From NCBI GenBank assembly GCA_963702475.1, contig CAVPCT010000001.1, forward strand, positions 200,545-264,544: a stretch of DNA of 64,000 nt, read 5' to 3'. This DNA is from an uncultured Thermoleophilia bacterium (GTDB lineage Bacteria > Actinomycetota > Thermoleophilia > UBA2241). The position numbers and the translations under genes are program-made. A model generated the notes under the pieces. It ran no database searches. It saw only the letters and a program-made list of their open reading frames with translations, and was not told where the DNA came from. Below are positions 48,628 to 61,023 of the stretch, piece by piece; positions within the stretch are counted from its first letter, which is position 1, and each line of letters begins with the position of its first letter.

Positions 48628-50214
48628 GTGACCTGGCAAGACCAGATGGGCTTCCCCGTGCTCAGCGTCATCACCTTTCTGCCGCTCGCCGGCGTCGTGC
48701 TCATGCTGCTCCTCGGTCGCGGGCGACCGCAGGTGTACAAGGTCATCGCGCTCGTCGCCACGCTCGCCGCCTTCGCCCTGAGCATCTGGATGATGGTCGT
48801 CTTCAACACCGGTGAGCCCGGCGTGCAGTTCACCGAAGACGTCATGTGGATCGAGCAGTTCAACATCCACTACCGCTTCGGTGTGGACGGCATCGCCGCC
48901 GTCCTGCTCTTCCTGACCACGTTCCTCGGCGTCATCGTGGTCCTCGGCAGCTGGCACTACGTGAAGGACAGGGAGCTCGGCTTCTTCGTGTCGCTCCTGT
49001 TGCTGCAGGTGGGCATGGCCGGCGTGTTCTGCGCCACCGACCTCTTCCTGTTCTACGTGTTCTGGGAGGCCATGCTGGTGCCGATGTACTTCATCATCGG
49101 CATCTGGGGTGGCCCGCGGCGCATCTACGCGGCCATCAAGTTCTTCCTGTTCACGCTGATCGGCAGCCTGCTCATGCTGGTCGCCATCATCGTGGTCGTG
49201 TACGCGGCCAAAGACCAGGCCGGTCACCTCACGTGGGACATCCAGGAGCTCGGCCGCATGGTGTTCACCTACGACCTGCAGTTCTGGGCCTTCCTCGCCT
49301 TCTTCGTGGCCTTCGCCATCAAGGTGCCGATGTTCCCGGTGCACACCTGGCTCCCGGACGCGCACGTCGAGGCGCCCACGGCCGGCTCCGTGATCCTCGC
49401 CGGCGTGCTCCTGAAGATGGGTGGATACGGCATCCTGCGCTTCTGCCTGCCCTTCTTCCCGGACGCGGCCGTCACGTTCATCCCGTACATCATCGTGCTG
49501 TCGGTGATCGCCGTCGTGTACGGGGCGATGGTGTCGCTCGTGCAGAAGGACCTCAAGAAGCTGGTCGCCTACTCGAGCGTGAGCCACATGGGGTTCGTGA
49601 CCATGGGCATCTTCGCGGCCATCGCCGTACTGGGGAACGCCGCCGGCATGGAGGGCGCCATCCTGGTGATGTTCAGCCACGGCCTGCTCACGGGCGCCCT
49701 GTTCCTCATGGTCGGCTACATGTACGAGCGCACGCACACGCGACAGATCGCCGACCTCGGCCAGCTGGCCAAGCCGATGCCGGTCATGGCCGGCTTCTTC
49801 CTGTTCTTCGTGTTCGGGTCGGCGGGGCTGCCCGGGCTCAGCGGTTTCGTCGGGGAGTTCCTGAGCCTGCTCGGGCTGTTCGCGTACTCGCACTGGCTGG
49901 CGGCCGTCGCCGCCACCGGCGTCATCCTGGCGGCGGCCTACCTGCTCTGGATGTTCCAGCGCACGATGTTCAACGATCGCGGCGACGCCGAGCTGCGGCC
50001 GTCCACGCCGCTCGCCGACCTCAACCTGCGTGAGATCACCACGCTCGTCCCGCTGGTGGTGCTGGTCATCTGGGTCGGCGTCTACCCGGCCACGCTGCTC
50101 GACTACCTGCACGTGCCCGTGGACATGATCCTGCTGCGCGTCACGCCCGCCCTCAGCAGCGAGCACACGAACGTGCTGGCCCAGCTGGTCGACACCGCGA
50201 AAGGTCTCTTCTGA
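48628..50214 (+). CDS. nuoM: NADH-quinone oxidoreductase subunit M
   Basis: FYVFWEAML.PMY, AFAIKVPMFPVHTWLPDAHVEAPT, LLKMG.YG, AYSSVSHMG, GLPG.SGFVGEF. Confidence 0.96.
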   Translation: MTWQDQMGFPVLSVITFLPLAGVVLMLLLGRGRPQVYKVIALVATLAAFALSIWMMVVFNTGEPGVQFTEDVMWIEQFNIHYRFGVDGIAAVLLFLTTFLGVIVVLGSWHYVKDRELGFFVSLLLLQVGMAGVFCATDLFLFYVFWEAMLVPMYFIIGIWGGPRRIYAAIKFFLFTLIGSLLMLVAIIVVVYAAKDQAGHLTWDIQELGRMVFTYDLQFWAFLAFFVAFAIKVPMFPVHTWLPDAHVEAPTAGSVILAGVLLKMGGYGILRFCLPFFPDAAVTFIPYIIVLSVIAVVYGAMVSLVQKDLKKLVAYSSVSHMGFVTMGIFAAIAVLGNAAGMEGAILVMFSHGLLTGALFLMVGYMYERTHTRQIADLGQLAKPMPVMAGFFLFFVFGSAGLPGLSGFVGEFLSLLGLFAYSHWLAAVAATGVILAAAYLLWMFQRTMFNDRGDAELRPSTPLADLNLREITTLVPLVVLVIWVGVYPATLLDYLHVPVDMILLRVTPALSSEHTNVLAQLVDTAKGLF

Positions 50215-51854
50215 TGGGCGCCGCCAACAACGCCATCGTCGTGATCCTGCCCGGCGTCGTCCTGGCCGTGGCCGCCGCCCTGGTGCTGGTCGTCGACCTC
50301 TTCACGGAGCGCAAGGGCATGCTCGCGTGGCTCGCGGCCGGCGGTTTCGTCGCGACGGCGGCCGTGGCCGTGGGGCAGTGGATCCGCTTCACCGACGGTC
50401 GCCTGCTGTTCAACGCACGCAAGCCCGAGACCGGGTTCGCCGGCATGGTGTCCCTGGACAAGTACGCGCTGTTCTGCGTGGTGCTGTTCTGCGCCATCGG
50501 CGTGGCCACCGTCATGCTGTCGGACTCGTATCTGGCGCGTCGCCGCGCCGCACGCGGCGAGTTCTACGTGCTGCTCATGCTCATCGTCACCGGCATGATC
50601 GGCATGGTCGTCAGCACCGACATCATCGCCTTCTTCGTGTCGTTCGAGCTCATGTCGCTGCCCACGTACGTGCTCGCCGGCTACCTGTGGCGCGACGTAC
50701 GCTCGGGCGAAGCCTCCATCAAGTACTTCGTCACCGGCGCCTTCTCGTCGGCCATCCTGGCCTTCGGCCTGGCCCTGTTGTACGGCGCCACCGGGCAGAC
50801 CAGCTACGCCGGCATCGCGCAGGGACTGGCCGCCATCGACGCGCGCGGGCTGGACGCCCGCGGCTTCCTCGTGGTCGCCTTCGTGCTCGTGGTCACCGGC
50901 TTCGGCTTCAAGATCTCGGCCGTGCCGTTCCACAGCTGGGCGCCAGACGTGTACGAGGGGGCGCCCACGCCGGTCACCGCCTTCATGTCCACCGGCGTCA
51001 AGGCCGCCGCCTTCGCCGGCTTCGCCAAGCTGTTCGTGCTCGCCGCCGCCGTGCAGTGGCAGCTGTGGGTGCACACCATGACCATCCTCGCGATCCTCAC
51101 CATGGTCGTGGGGAACGTGCTCGCTCTGCCGCAGCGCAACATCAAGCGCATGCTCGCCTACTCCAGCGTCGCCCACGCGGGGTACCTCACCCTGGGCCTC
51201 ATCGCGGCCGGTACGGCGGGCGTCTGGGACGGTGTCACCGCCATCCTGTTCTACCTGGTCACGTACGCGCTGATGAACCTGGGCGCCTTCGGCGCGCTCG
51301 TCTGGATCCGTAACAAGCGCGCCTTCGACTACTCGCTGGACGGCATCGCCGGCCTGGGACGCACGATGCCGTGGCCGGCGATGATGCTGGCCGTGCTCAT
51401 GGTCTCACTCACGGGCATCCCGCCGACGGCCGGCTTCTGGGGCAAGTTCTACCTGTTCACCGCCGTCATCCGGGCCGACCTCACGTGGCTGGCGATCATC
51501 GCCGTCGTCATGAGCGCCGTGTCCGCCTACTACTACCTGCGGGTGGTGTGGTTCATGTACTTCCGTGAGGCGAACGAGCCGGCCGCCGCAGGCGACGTCT
51601 CCCCGGCGGCCGTGGGCGCTCCGAGCGCGGTCGCCGTCCCGGGCGCCGTCTTCGCCTCCGCTGCCGGCGGGGCAGCCTCGGCATCGGGCACGTCGGGCGC
51701 TCCCGTCGAGCCGCCCGCGCAGCGCCAGCCCGGTCAGGCGGGCGTGGTGTGGGCTGTGAGCCTGTGCGTCTTCGGCGTGATCGCCGTCGGCCTGTTCCCC
51801 GGGCCGCTGCTGCGGTTCGCGGAGGGCGCGCTGCGGGTGGTCCTCGGCGGGTGA
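50214..51854 (+). CDS. nuoN: NADH-quinone oxidoreductase subunit N
   Basis: E..SLP.Y, EAS.KYF, GFKISAVPFH.WAPDVYEGAP, KRMLAYSS..HAGY, SL.GIPP.AGF.GK, YYYLR. Confidence 0.96.
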   Translation: MGAANNAIVVILPGVVLAVAAALVLVVDLFTERKGMLAWLAAGGFVATAAVAVGQWIRFTDGRLLFNARKPETGFAGMVSLDKYALFCVVLFCAIGVATVMLSDSYLARRRAARGEFYVLLMLIVTGMIGMVVSTDIIAFFVSFELMSLPTYVLAGYLWRDVRSGEASIKYFVTGAFSSAILAFGLALLYGATGQTSYAGIAQGLAAIDARGLDARGFLVVAFVLVVTGFGFKISAVPFHSWAPDVYEGAPTPVTAFMSTGVKAAAFAGFAKLFVLAAAVQWQLWVHTMTILAILTMVVGNVLALPQRNIKRMLAYSSVAHAGYLTLGLIAAGTAGVWDGVTAILFYLVTYALMNLGAFGALVWIRNKRAFDYSLDGIAGLGRTMPWPAMMLAVLMVSLTGIPPTAGFWGKFYLFTAVIRADLTWLAIIAVVMSAVSAYYYLRVVWFMYFREANEPAAAGDVSPAAVGAPSAVAVPGAVFASAAGGAASASGTSGAPVEPPAQRQPGQAGVVWAVSLCVFGVIAVGLFPGPLLRFAEGALRVVLGG

Positions 51855-51912
51855 CCGCCCGCCGCGCCCGGCCCCGGTGCGGGCGTGCAGTGCGGCACCC
51901 GTGCGCGGCGCC

Positions 51913-52134
51913 TCAGCCTGAGTCACCGTCAGGCAGTTCGCGAGGCAACGAGCAGACCGCGCAGTGCTTCTCCATGTCGCTGCGCCCGTCCCCGAGCTCC
52001 AGACGTATGCCGTGGAACGGGTGCCGGCAGTACCACGTCACGGTGACGCTCAGCGGCGCCGCTTCCCTGACGTCGAGGGTCTCCCGGATGGCCGTCGTCT
52101 CGCAGACGAGGTAGGGGCAACGTGGCTTCGTCAT
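51913..52134 (-). CDS. Small Cys/His-rich hypothetical protein
   Basis: RCPYL.C...WYCRHPFH...HCAVC; a GATAAT -10-like element lies just upstream. Confidence 0.55.
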   Translation of the reverse strand: MTKPRCPYLVCETTAIRETLDVREAAPLSVTVTWYCRHPFHGIRLELGDGRSDMEKHCAVCSLPRELPDGDSG

Positions 52135-52323
52135 CGCAAGGGCCATTATCGCTCAGCCGACGCAGCCTTGCGCTCACGCCTCATCCGCCGTGCTCCGCGC
52201 AGGCGCGGTCCACGGTCCGGGCGAGCGGCCTCGGCCTGCGTAGCCTGCGGGAGGCGACGCAGAAGCGCGTGTCAACACCAGTCCACGAACTCGGAGCTGA
52301 TCGATCTCGCCAACCGCGATCAG

Positions 52324-53115
52324 ATGCTTTGGACTGACCCTGCAGTGCGCGATTGGGCGCTCAGAACCGCGTCAGCGCTGCTGCGGGAAACGAAGGCCGA
52401 GGCCGTCAGGTCAAGAGCCCGAGCCGCAGCTGCCGCTTTGGCATCAGGGACCGGGATACACGCATCCAGCACGCGTGCACCGGCAAGGCCGTCGGGCCCC
52501 ACGGTGCGGGAATCGCGCGAGCGCGTACCCGCCCCAGTGAGTGCACTGTCTGCCCTCGCACCACCGAGGGCCGCAGGCACAGGCCTCAGGCCGAGCGCCA
52601 CTCTTGACGAAGTCGCGGCACCGCTCGAACAGCACGTTGGCACTCGCGTCGAGCCCCACGACGGCGCCAGTTTCCCCACTGTTCGGCACGCATGGACTTG
52701 GGCGATCGTGGCGGCGCTGTGTGTGACCTTCGTGTTGCTGGGCACCACATACCAGACAGGAATCCGGCAGCAACTGGCTATCGCGTTTTCCAGCGCGCCC
52801 ACGGCCTACAGCGAGTTCTACTTCACTAATCCGCCAACTCTCCCGGTGTACTTGAACGTATCCAGACCCGATGCATTCAGCTTCACCATCGTGAACCACG
52901 AAGGGCGTGCCCGTACCTACTCCTACGTCGTAACGCTCACTTCCTCGCGGGGCGAATCCACTGTGGGCAGCGGGACGATCGGCGTAGAGAACGGGGAAGC
53001 CGCCACCAGATTGGTGGAGGTTGGCCCTGTGGAACGTGGCCGTGCGTATACAGTCACGGTGAAGCTTCTCGGTCGCTCAGAGACAATCCATTTCACTGCG
53101 TTCGCGAGACCGTGA
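52324..53115 (+). CDS. DUF1616-like membrane-anchored protein (start uncertain)
   Basis: TM helix followed by YSEFYF...F.IVNHEG...Y.Y; codon usage is visibly less GC-rich. Confidence 0.55.
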   Translation: MLWTDPAVRDWALRTASALLRETKAEAVRSRARAAAAALASGTGIHASSTRAPARPSGPTVRESRERVPAPVSALSALAPPRAAGTGLRPSATLDEVAAPLEQHVGTRVEPHDGASFPTVRHAWTWAIVAALCVTFVLLGTTYQTGIRQQLAIAFSSAPTAYSEFYFTNPPTLPVYLNVSRPDAFSFTIVNHEGRARTYSYVVTLTSSRGESTVGSGTIGVENGEAATRLVEVGPVERGRAYTVTVKLLGRSETIHFTAFARP

Positions 53116-53289
53116 GGATTGTGCAGCAAGACTGGCGGCCTAGTTGCATCAGCGGATGCCCCTCCATCGGTTCGGAGCTGAATGGGCCCAGGAGGCCGCG
53201 GGCGCGCTGGTACCTCGGGGCAAGAGTGGGGCGCAGACGGGGCGACCAGAGTCGGACGGGCATCAAGCGCACTGCAGTCGAGTCGACTC

Positions 53290-53560
53290 GGTGCCGCGGC
53301 CGCGCTCGCCCTACGGGGTCACCGAGTTGGCCGGCGAGCACCTCCGCGGGCTCTACCACGCCAACCCTGGGCTCGACACGGTGTCGCTGCGCTTCTTCAC
53401 CGTGTATGGCCCGCGCCAGCGGCCTGACATGGCCTTCCACAAGTTCATAAAGGCCATGCTCGAGGGCCGCGAGATGGTGATCTACGGCGACGCCGCCCTC
53501 ATCGCCGTGGAGGGCGGCCGCGCGGCGGCGATCGAGGCGCTCGAGGTCGTTCTCGACTGA
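53290..53560 (+). pseudogene. Remnant of an NAD-dependent epimerase (UDP-glucuronate 4-epimerase-like)
   Basis: PRSPYGVTELAGE..LRFFTVYGPRQRPDMAFHKF; no N-terminal Rossmann motif, and the YxxxK Lys is replaced by Glu. Confidence 0.7.
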
Positions 53561-53686
53561 GGCGGGGGGCATGCCCCGCAACACTTGCGACGTCTCCCCA
53601 GCGGGTATGACGTCGGCCTGCGCCGCTGGCGCTCGAGGTCGTTCTGAAGCTCCACCCGACCAGTGGACGTCGTCGGCCTGTGCCGC
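53536..53686. repeat. Interleaved short direct repeats
   Basis: GGCGCTCGAGGTCGTTCT at 53536 and 53628; CGTCGGCCTG(C/T)GCCGC at 53611 and 53671. Confidence 0.55.
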
Positions 53687-53713
53687 CGCAGGCGGGAGCG
53701 CTGCGCAGCCGTA

Positions 53714-55330
53714 TCAGGCTCCCTGACGCCGGCCGTACCCTTGGCGGTAGTAGTGCGCCGAGTCTCGGCGCTCGCCGACGACGACGACCCCCAGCTTGCG
53801 GCAGGGCAGCGCGTCGAGGGCCTCGCGCCCTTCCTCGAGAGTCGTGCGTCGAGTCTTGTCTAGATTGGCCACGAAGAGGAGACCGTCGACGACGGGGGCG
53901 AGCGCTCCCGTGTCGCCGACACCGAGAACTGGAGGCGCGTCGACGAGGACGTAGTCTGCCCCGGACTTGGCCAGCCGTCTCAGCGTCTCCGCCAGCCTTC
54001 TCGAAGCGATGACCTCCCCGGGATTGGGTGGCAGCGGCCCCGACGTGAGGACTCGCAAAGCGCCGTTCTCGAATGCCGGCGGCGCGACGGGGGCTGACGA
54101 GGACGCCGGGTGCCGCTACGCCATCGGAGCCGTTGGACTTCTCCAAATCGAAAGGCCGTACTGCCGTGGCCAGCGACAGGGTCCCCTGGATGACCGTCGT
54201 CAGCCCCGTCTCGTTCGGCATCGAGAAGGCCTTGTGCACCTGCGGGTCACGCAGGTCGGCGTCGACGACGACGACCTTCTTGCCGGCAAGCGCAAGCGTG
54301 ACGGCGAGGTTGCACAGGGTGAGCGTCTTTCCCTCGCCCTTCAGGCTGCTGGTGATCAGCAGGGACTTCCAGCCGTCATCGATGCTCTTCCAGTCGAGGT
54401 TGCTGCGCAGGACGCGCACCGCCTCTGCGACACTCCCCCCCGGATCGGTCAGGGTGACGAGAGTCTCATCGCGCAGCAGGCGCCGCCCCAGGTGAGGCAC
54501 GCGGCCGACCACGGAGAGGCCGAGGATCTCACCGGCCTGAGTGTGCGTCCTGACTCGCGTGTCGAACTGGCCGACGACGAAAGCCAGGACGATGCCGGCG
54601 AAGAGACCCACGCCGAAGCCCACGGCGGCCGACTGGATGGGTTTCGGCGAGATGGGGGAAGTCGGGGGCGTGGCCGGCTGGATGATCGTGAAGTCCCCGG
54701 TCGACGTGGCCTCCGCGATCTTGAGGTCCTGCAGGCGCTGGGCGAGCAGCAGGTAGTCGGTGGAGAGCCGTGAGGCCGCCGTCGTATAGGCGCTCATCTG
54801 CGACTCGACGGCGCTCCTGGCCTTGGCAAGCTGCGCCAGTTCGTCCTGAGCACGCAGGTCGATGATGGCCTGCGCGTAGGCGTTGGCCGCGGCTGCGGAG
54901 ACGGCGGGCTGGGCGCTCGTGGCGGTCACACTCGACGACGTCCGACACCGTACTGCCGGTAGACGCGTCCGGCGGCAGGATGGTCGCGGTCACGGTGTAG
55001 CCACGTGCGCCGGGCTCGGCTTGCGCGAGCAGCTCGCCCGCCTGGCTGCTCACCGCCGGGCTGTTGATCGTGTTCACGACGCTCTGGACCTGCAGGCTGA
55101 GTCCCGTAGGCGTCGGTCGACGTGCCGGTACCGAGGGGGTTGGCGATGTTGGCAGGCTGCCGGTACATGATCAAGGCGGTCGCCTCGTAGATGCGCGTCT
55201 TGCTGTCGGCCACGAGGTAGGCCGTCACCGTGCAGGCGACGACGAGAATGACCACCAGCCACTTGCGCAGCCAGATGACGTTGAAGTAGTCGCGCAGCGT
55301 CACGGACGAGGCAGTGTCAGGCTGGGCCAA
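53714..55330 (-). CDS. Polysaccharide co-polymerase/tyrosine autokinase (Wzz + CpsD/CapB), multiple frameshifts
   Basis: LRDYF.VIW.RKW, YEATA, PISPKP, AEAVRVLRSNL, SSLKGEGKT, VDADLR.P, SGPLPPNP, VLVDAPP, Tyr-rich tail. Confidence 0.85.
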
Positions 55331-55371
55331 GAGCGCGCTCCGATGGTCACGTTGTGCTCGGGGTCATCCTA

Positions 55372-56552
<1,181 letters not shown>

Positions 56553-56556
<4 letters not shown>

Positions 56557-57449
56557 AGAGCGCCCAGCTCGTCCGATGGGTGACCGTGGCCTGCCTGCAC
56601 TCCGGCGGCACCGCGGCGGCTGCACTTCGCCACCAGGTAGACGAAACGGAGATTGCCCAGCAGATATCGCTGCCACAGTCGCAGCGGCTCCTGCCAGAAC
56701 CGATAGGACCATTCCAGCCCCGCGCGCTGCATCCAGCGCGGGGCCCGTTTCACTCTGCCGGCGTAGACGTCGAAGCTGCCGCCGACACCCATCGAGAAGG
56801 GGACGTTGAGCTCCTCGAGATGTTCCGCCAGCCAGTACTCCTTGCGGGGGCTGGGCAAGGCGACGAACAGGATGTCGGGCTGCGACCCACGCACACGCGC
56901 GACCAGCTCGTCGTTGTCGGCGGCATCCCAGTAGCCGTCGTGAAAGCCGCAGATGCGCAGCGCGGGGTGCTCGCGGCGCGCTCGCGCCACCGCCTCTTCC
57001 AGCACCTCCACCCGGGCTCCGAGAAGGTAGACTCCGTAGCCACGCTCCGCGGCCAAGCCAAGGAGCGCCTCGAACAGGTCTATGCCGGTGACGCGTTCGG
57101 GCAGTGGCCGGCCCAGGATCCGGGACACCCAGACGAGGGACTGGCCGTCGGCGTTGACCAGCGCGCACGACGAGACGATCTCCCGCAGGCGGGGATCCTT
57201 GTCCATCAGCACGGTCTTCGATGCGTTCACCACGCAGTGCTGGACGGGGCGACGGGCTTGGATGAGGCGTTCGACCTCAGCGAGGGTCTCGGGAAAGGTC
57301 AATGCGTCGACGCCGCAGTTCACGACCGCCACCCTGCGTGGCCCCTGTGTCGCCGCTCTTGCTGTCGTCGGGGACGATACCGGGACCCAGCGGACCCACG
57401 GCGCGCCCACCGTCCTCTTGGAACGCGGACTATCGAGACGCCCTGTCAC
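56553..57449 (-). CDS. WecG/TagA/CpsF-family glycosyltransferase
   Basis: NADG..VW, ERV.GIDL, YLLGA, HDGY, LFVA..SP.KE, GVGGSFD, RAP.WMQ.AGLEW..R. Confidence 0.9.
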
Positions 57450-57548
57450 GCGCTCTCCAATCGCCGGTGGACGTCGCCGGAGAGTATCTCACCGTGCCAA
57501 CGGTCCGTCGACGGACGGATGTAGCTCTCGTGCCACAGGTCGCCGAGG

Positions 57549-58787
57549 CTACGCCTGCGCAGGGCCGGCCTCCATGGCGCCGAGGAGCGAGCTGAGCGCC
57601 CGGAGCATGTGAGCCTGGCTCCACCTCACGTACGGGATCCGGTTCGTGTAGAGACGGTTGCGCTGGAAGTAGAAGAACCCCCGCGGGTCCCACATGTTGG
57701 CCATGGTCCATGCGCAGACCTGCCGGGCCAGTGGCAAGCGATGCGCACCAGCCTCTGCCCGCCGGCACAGCACATCGATGGCCGTCGAGGCACTGTGGAT
57801 GTCGAGTGGATACAGGGAACTGGGTGTGTAGCGTGGCTCTCCATGCGGCCCGAACAGCGTCGAGAAGTACGCCGCGAACCCCGCGCGCAAAGCGTCCCGG
57901 ATGGCCTCGTCTGGACCGGCCTCACCCAGCTCGCAGAGACCGTCCAGCACGTAGGCGGTGTGGAACCCATCGACCCATTCCAGGCCGGGTCCGAGTCCGT
58001 ACGGCCAAAGGCCGTCGCGCTGCTGCGCCTGCAGGCTGGCCTCGGCCGCACGGCGGGCCGTCGCCTGGAGGCCGAGGTCCCCCGTCAGCCGGGCGACCCT
58101 GGACGTCAGCGCGCAACCCAGCACGTTGGCGTTGTGGATGAGGACGCGGCTCTCCGGCACGTACGCGTAGTAGACTTCCGCCAGTCGCTGCGCAGAAGCT
58201 CGTCGTTCAAGTAGCGCACCGCCGCCGTGGCGGTCGCCAGGAGCGGCTGAATCGCCGGTGAGCTCGAACCAGTCGAGGAAGGCGTGTGCGACGAAGGTCG
58301 TGACGATGATGTTGGGCGTCCCGCGCGGATAGAACGCCCATCTCGTCTGCACGTCGAACTCGTAGCCCCAGGCGATGGTGTCCCGGCCCTTGGTGCCACG
58401 CGCCTCGAGTTCCGAGAGGAGGGAGCCCGCGAGCGACTCCCGCGCAGGATCGCGCTCCAGCCGATGAAGCCGCGCGTAGGCGCTTGCGACCAGGGCCAGC
58501 GCCTTGCTGTTGCGGTGCGGTGGTACGCCAAAGAGCGGTCTCAAGTTCACCGGGCTCCGCTTGCCGACCTGGACGACGAGCTGCCGACGTCGCGGCGTGG
58601 CCCGGAAGAAGGCAGGCAGGCGCGAGGCATTCAGCGAGTCGTAGGGGTCGTACCCCGCAAAGTCGCGCGCGCGCAGCCACGCGTCGAGCCGGCCCAACGC
58701 CGCGCGCAGCTCTTGCGGGGACTGCAAGACAGGCGCGGACCGCATCAGCGTCGCGTCTCCCGCGCCCACGACATCCCATGCCCGCAA
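57549..58787 (-). CDS. Conserved polysaccharide-locus protein (predicted alpha/alpha-barrel), likely compensating indels mid-gene
   Basis: GYDPYD, WGY.FD.Q, IHNAN, W.YG, WVDGFHT.Y, YPLDIH, FYFQ, IPYVRW.QA. Confidence 0.65.
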   Translation of the reverse strand: MRAWDVVGAGDATLMRSAPVLQSPQELRAALGRLDAWLRARDFAGYDPYDSLNASRLPAFFRATPRRRQLVVQVGKRSPVNLRPLFGVPPHRNSKALALVASAYARLHRLERDPARESLAGSLLSELEARGTKGRDTIAWGYEFDVQTRWAFYPRGTPNIIVTTFVAHAFLDWFELTGDSAAPGDRHGGGALLERRASAQRLAEVYYAYVPESRVLIHNANVLGCALTSRVARLTGDLGLQATARRAAEASLQAQQRDGLWPYGLGPGLEWVDGFHTAYVLDGLCELGEAGPDEAIRDALRAGFAAYFSTLFGPHGEPRYTPSSLYPLDIHSASTAIDVLCRRAEAGAHRLPLARQVCAWTMANMWDPRGFFYFQRNRLYTNRIPYVRWSQAHMLRALSSLLGAMEAGPAQA

Positions 58788-58846
58788 CCCAGTGGTCCGT
58801 TCCAGACGACCAGGATGCTCGAAGGTCTCCCCATGCTGCGACCTCT

Positions 58847-61023
58847 CTAGCTCGCGGTCACTTCCGGCACAGCGACTGGCATGCCGGTCGTGAGGGACTC
58901 CACCACCTTGAATGTCGCGGCCGTCGACGACACGCAGTCGGCGAATGTGAGCTCAGGGACCGGCAGGCCAGCAGCGAGGTCGAGGAACGCCTTCATCTCG
59001 GCGCGGTGGCCCTTGTCGGCCTGCTGTGGCCGCGAGGTGTGCGTGCGGCCGCCCTGCGTGAGGCTGAGGCGCTTGAAGTCGTCGCTGACCATGACCTTGC
59101 CCTCGCAGAACACCTCGATGCGCTCCTTGGGGTAGGTGGTGTCGCCGCCGGCCGTGTAGATGAGCGTGGCGACGGAGCCGTCGGCGAAGCTGAGCAACAC
59201 GCTGAGGTTGTCGGTGAGCAGCGGTGACTTGTGCGGGTCGGCGCTCACGGCGAAGACCCGCGACGGCGGAGCCCCCGCGAGGCAGGCGGCGAGGTCGACG
59301 AAGTGGCAGACCTCGCCGACGATGCGGCCGCCGCCTTCTTCGGGCCGCTGGATCCAGTGCGTCGCGGGGATGGCGCCGGCGTTGACGCGGATCACGATGT
59401 TGGCGGGGGACGACCGCCGGGCCAAGCGCCGCGACCATCTTGCGCACGTGCGGCGCGAAGCGGCGATTGAAGCCGACGGTGAGCAGGCCGTGCGACTCGT
59501 CGCTGCGCGGCCACGACTTCGTCCAGCTCGGTCTCGGTCATCGCCAGCGGCTTCTCGACGAACACGGTCTTGCCGGCCCTGAGCGCCTGAGCGGCGAGCG
59601 CGGCGTGCGACGCGTGCCTCGTGGCGATGACGATGGCGCTGGTGTCCGGGTCGCTCAGGACTTCGTCCGGCGACCCGGCGCAGAAGGCGAAGCCGCTGCG
59701 CTCGGCGACGTCACGGGCGCTCAGCCCGGAGGGCGTGTAGACTCCGCGAGGTGCGAAGCGGGCGTCGGCGGCCAGCGCCGGCAGGAGCGTCGCCGTGGCG
59801 AAGTTGCCGGCGCCGAGAAAGCCGACGCCGATGGCGCCCGGGGCCGGCTCGCCTGCGGCCGGCCGGCCGACCACGATCCGCGGCCGCTCCGGCTCGCTCT
59901 GCGGGTACTCGAGCAGCACCCCCAGCGAGCCGCTCGCCCGGGTCGGTGACGGCCGCGTAGGCCTGCGCCGCATCGTCCACCGCGAAGCGGTGCGTGATCA
60001 GCGGCTTCACGTCCACGCGGCCCTCGCCGACGAGCCGCAGGAACTCGGCCATGTTGCGCTGCTCGGTCCAGCGCACGTAGCCGAGCGGATAGTCGACGGC
60101 CATCTCCTCGTACAGCGGGTCGTAGCGCCCGGGCCCGTAGGAGCGCGAGAGCTTGAGCGTGAGCTCCTTCTCGTAGAAGGGGGCGCGCGGCACGCTGCAT
60201 GCCCACGTCGCCCACCACGACCACGGTGCCGCGGTCGCGGGCGATCTGGCCGGCAAGCTCGATGGGCTCGTCGCTCTTGGTGCCGGCGGTGATGATGACG
60301 GCGTCGTAGCCTACGCCGCCGGTCGCCGCCAGCAGTTCCTTGGCGGCGACCGACCCGGTCGCCGACGTCGCGGCGACGGCGCCGAAGGCCGCGACGGCCG
60401 CGCAGCGGCCGCCGTCGAGGTCGGCGCCGGCGACCTCGCAGCCCGCCGCGCGCAGGAGCTGCACGGTGATCTGGCCGACCAGCCCGAGGCCGATGACGGC
60501 GACACGGTCGCCGACCGTGACGCCGCTTTGGCGCACGCCCTGCAAGGCGACGGCGCCGACGGTCGCGAACGCGGCCTCGTCCAGGCCGACGCCGTCGGGC
60601 ACGCGCGCGCACAGCGTCGCCGGGACATAGGCGAACTCCGCGTGGTTCGCGTACTCGCCGCCACCGCAGGCGACGCGATCGCCGACCGTGAGCCCCGCAG
60701 CCAGCTCGCCGAGCTGCGTCCACCACGCCGGCGGAGCTGTAGCCGATGGGGCTCTGCTCTTCGAGCCGCGCCTTGACGGTGCGGTAGGTGCGCAGCACGC
60801 CTTCGCTGCGCACCTTGTCCATCACCTGCTTGACCTGGTCGGGCCGGCTGCGCGCCTTGGCGAGCAGGCTCTTCTGACCGAGGTCGACCTTCGCCCCCTC
60901 GGTCCCGGCGCTGATCAGCGACCAGGCGGTGCGGACCAGCGCCCCTTGCGGCCGCAGCGCGGGTACAGGCACGTCGAGGACCTCGATGCGGCCGTCCTTC
61001 ATCGATTGGGAGACCTGCTTCAC
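58847..61023 (-). CDS. Bi-domain oxidoreductase (Zn-dependent dehydrogenase + Gfo/Idh/MocA), multiple frameshifts
   Basis: SLISAGTE, GYSSAG, GLGLVGQ, SRSYGPGRYD..YE, YVRWTEQRNM, GAGNFA, FVEKP, GGRIVGEVCHFVD, KERIE, DKGH. Confidence 0.85.

Noticed and set aside
51860-51915. Sec readthrough at the TGA of the small Cys/His protein (the Rrf2 stop was also checked)
   Set aside because: No correctly spaced SECIS-like hairpin was seen downstream.
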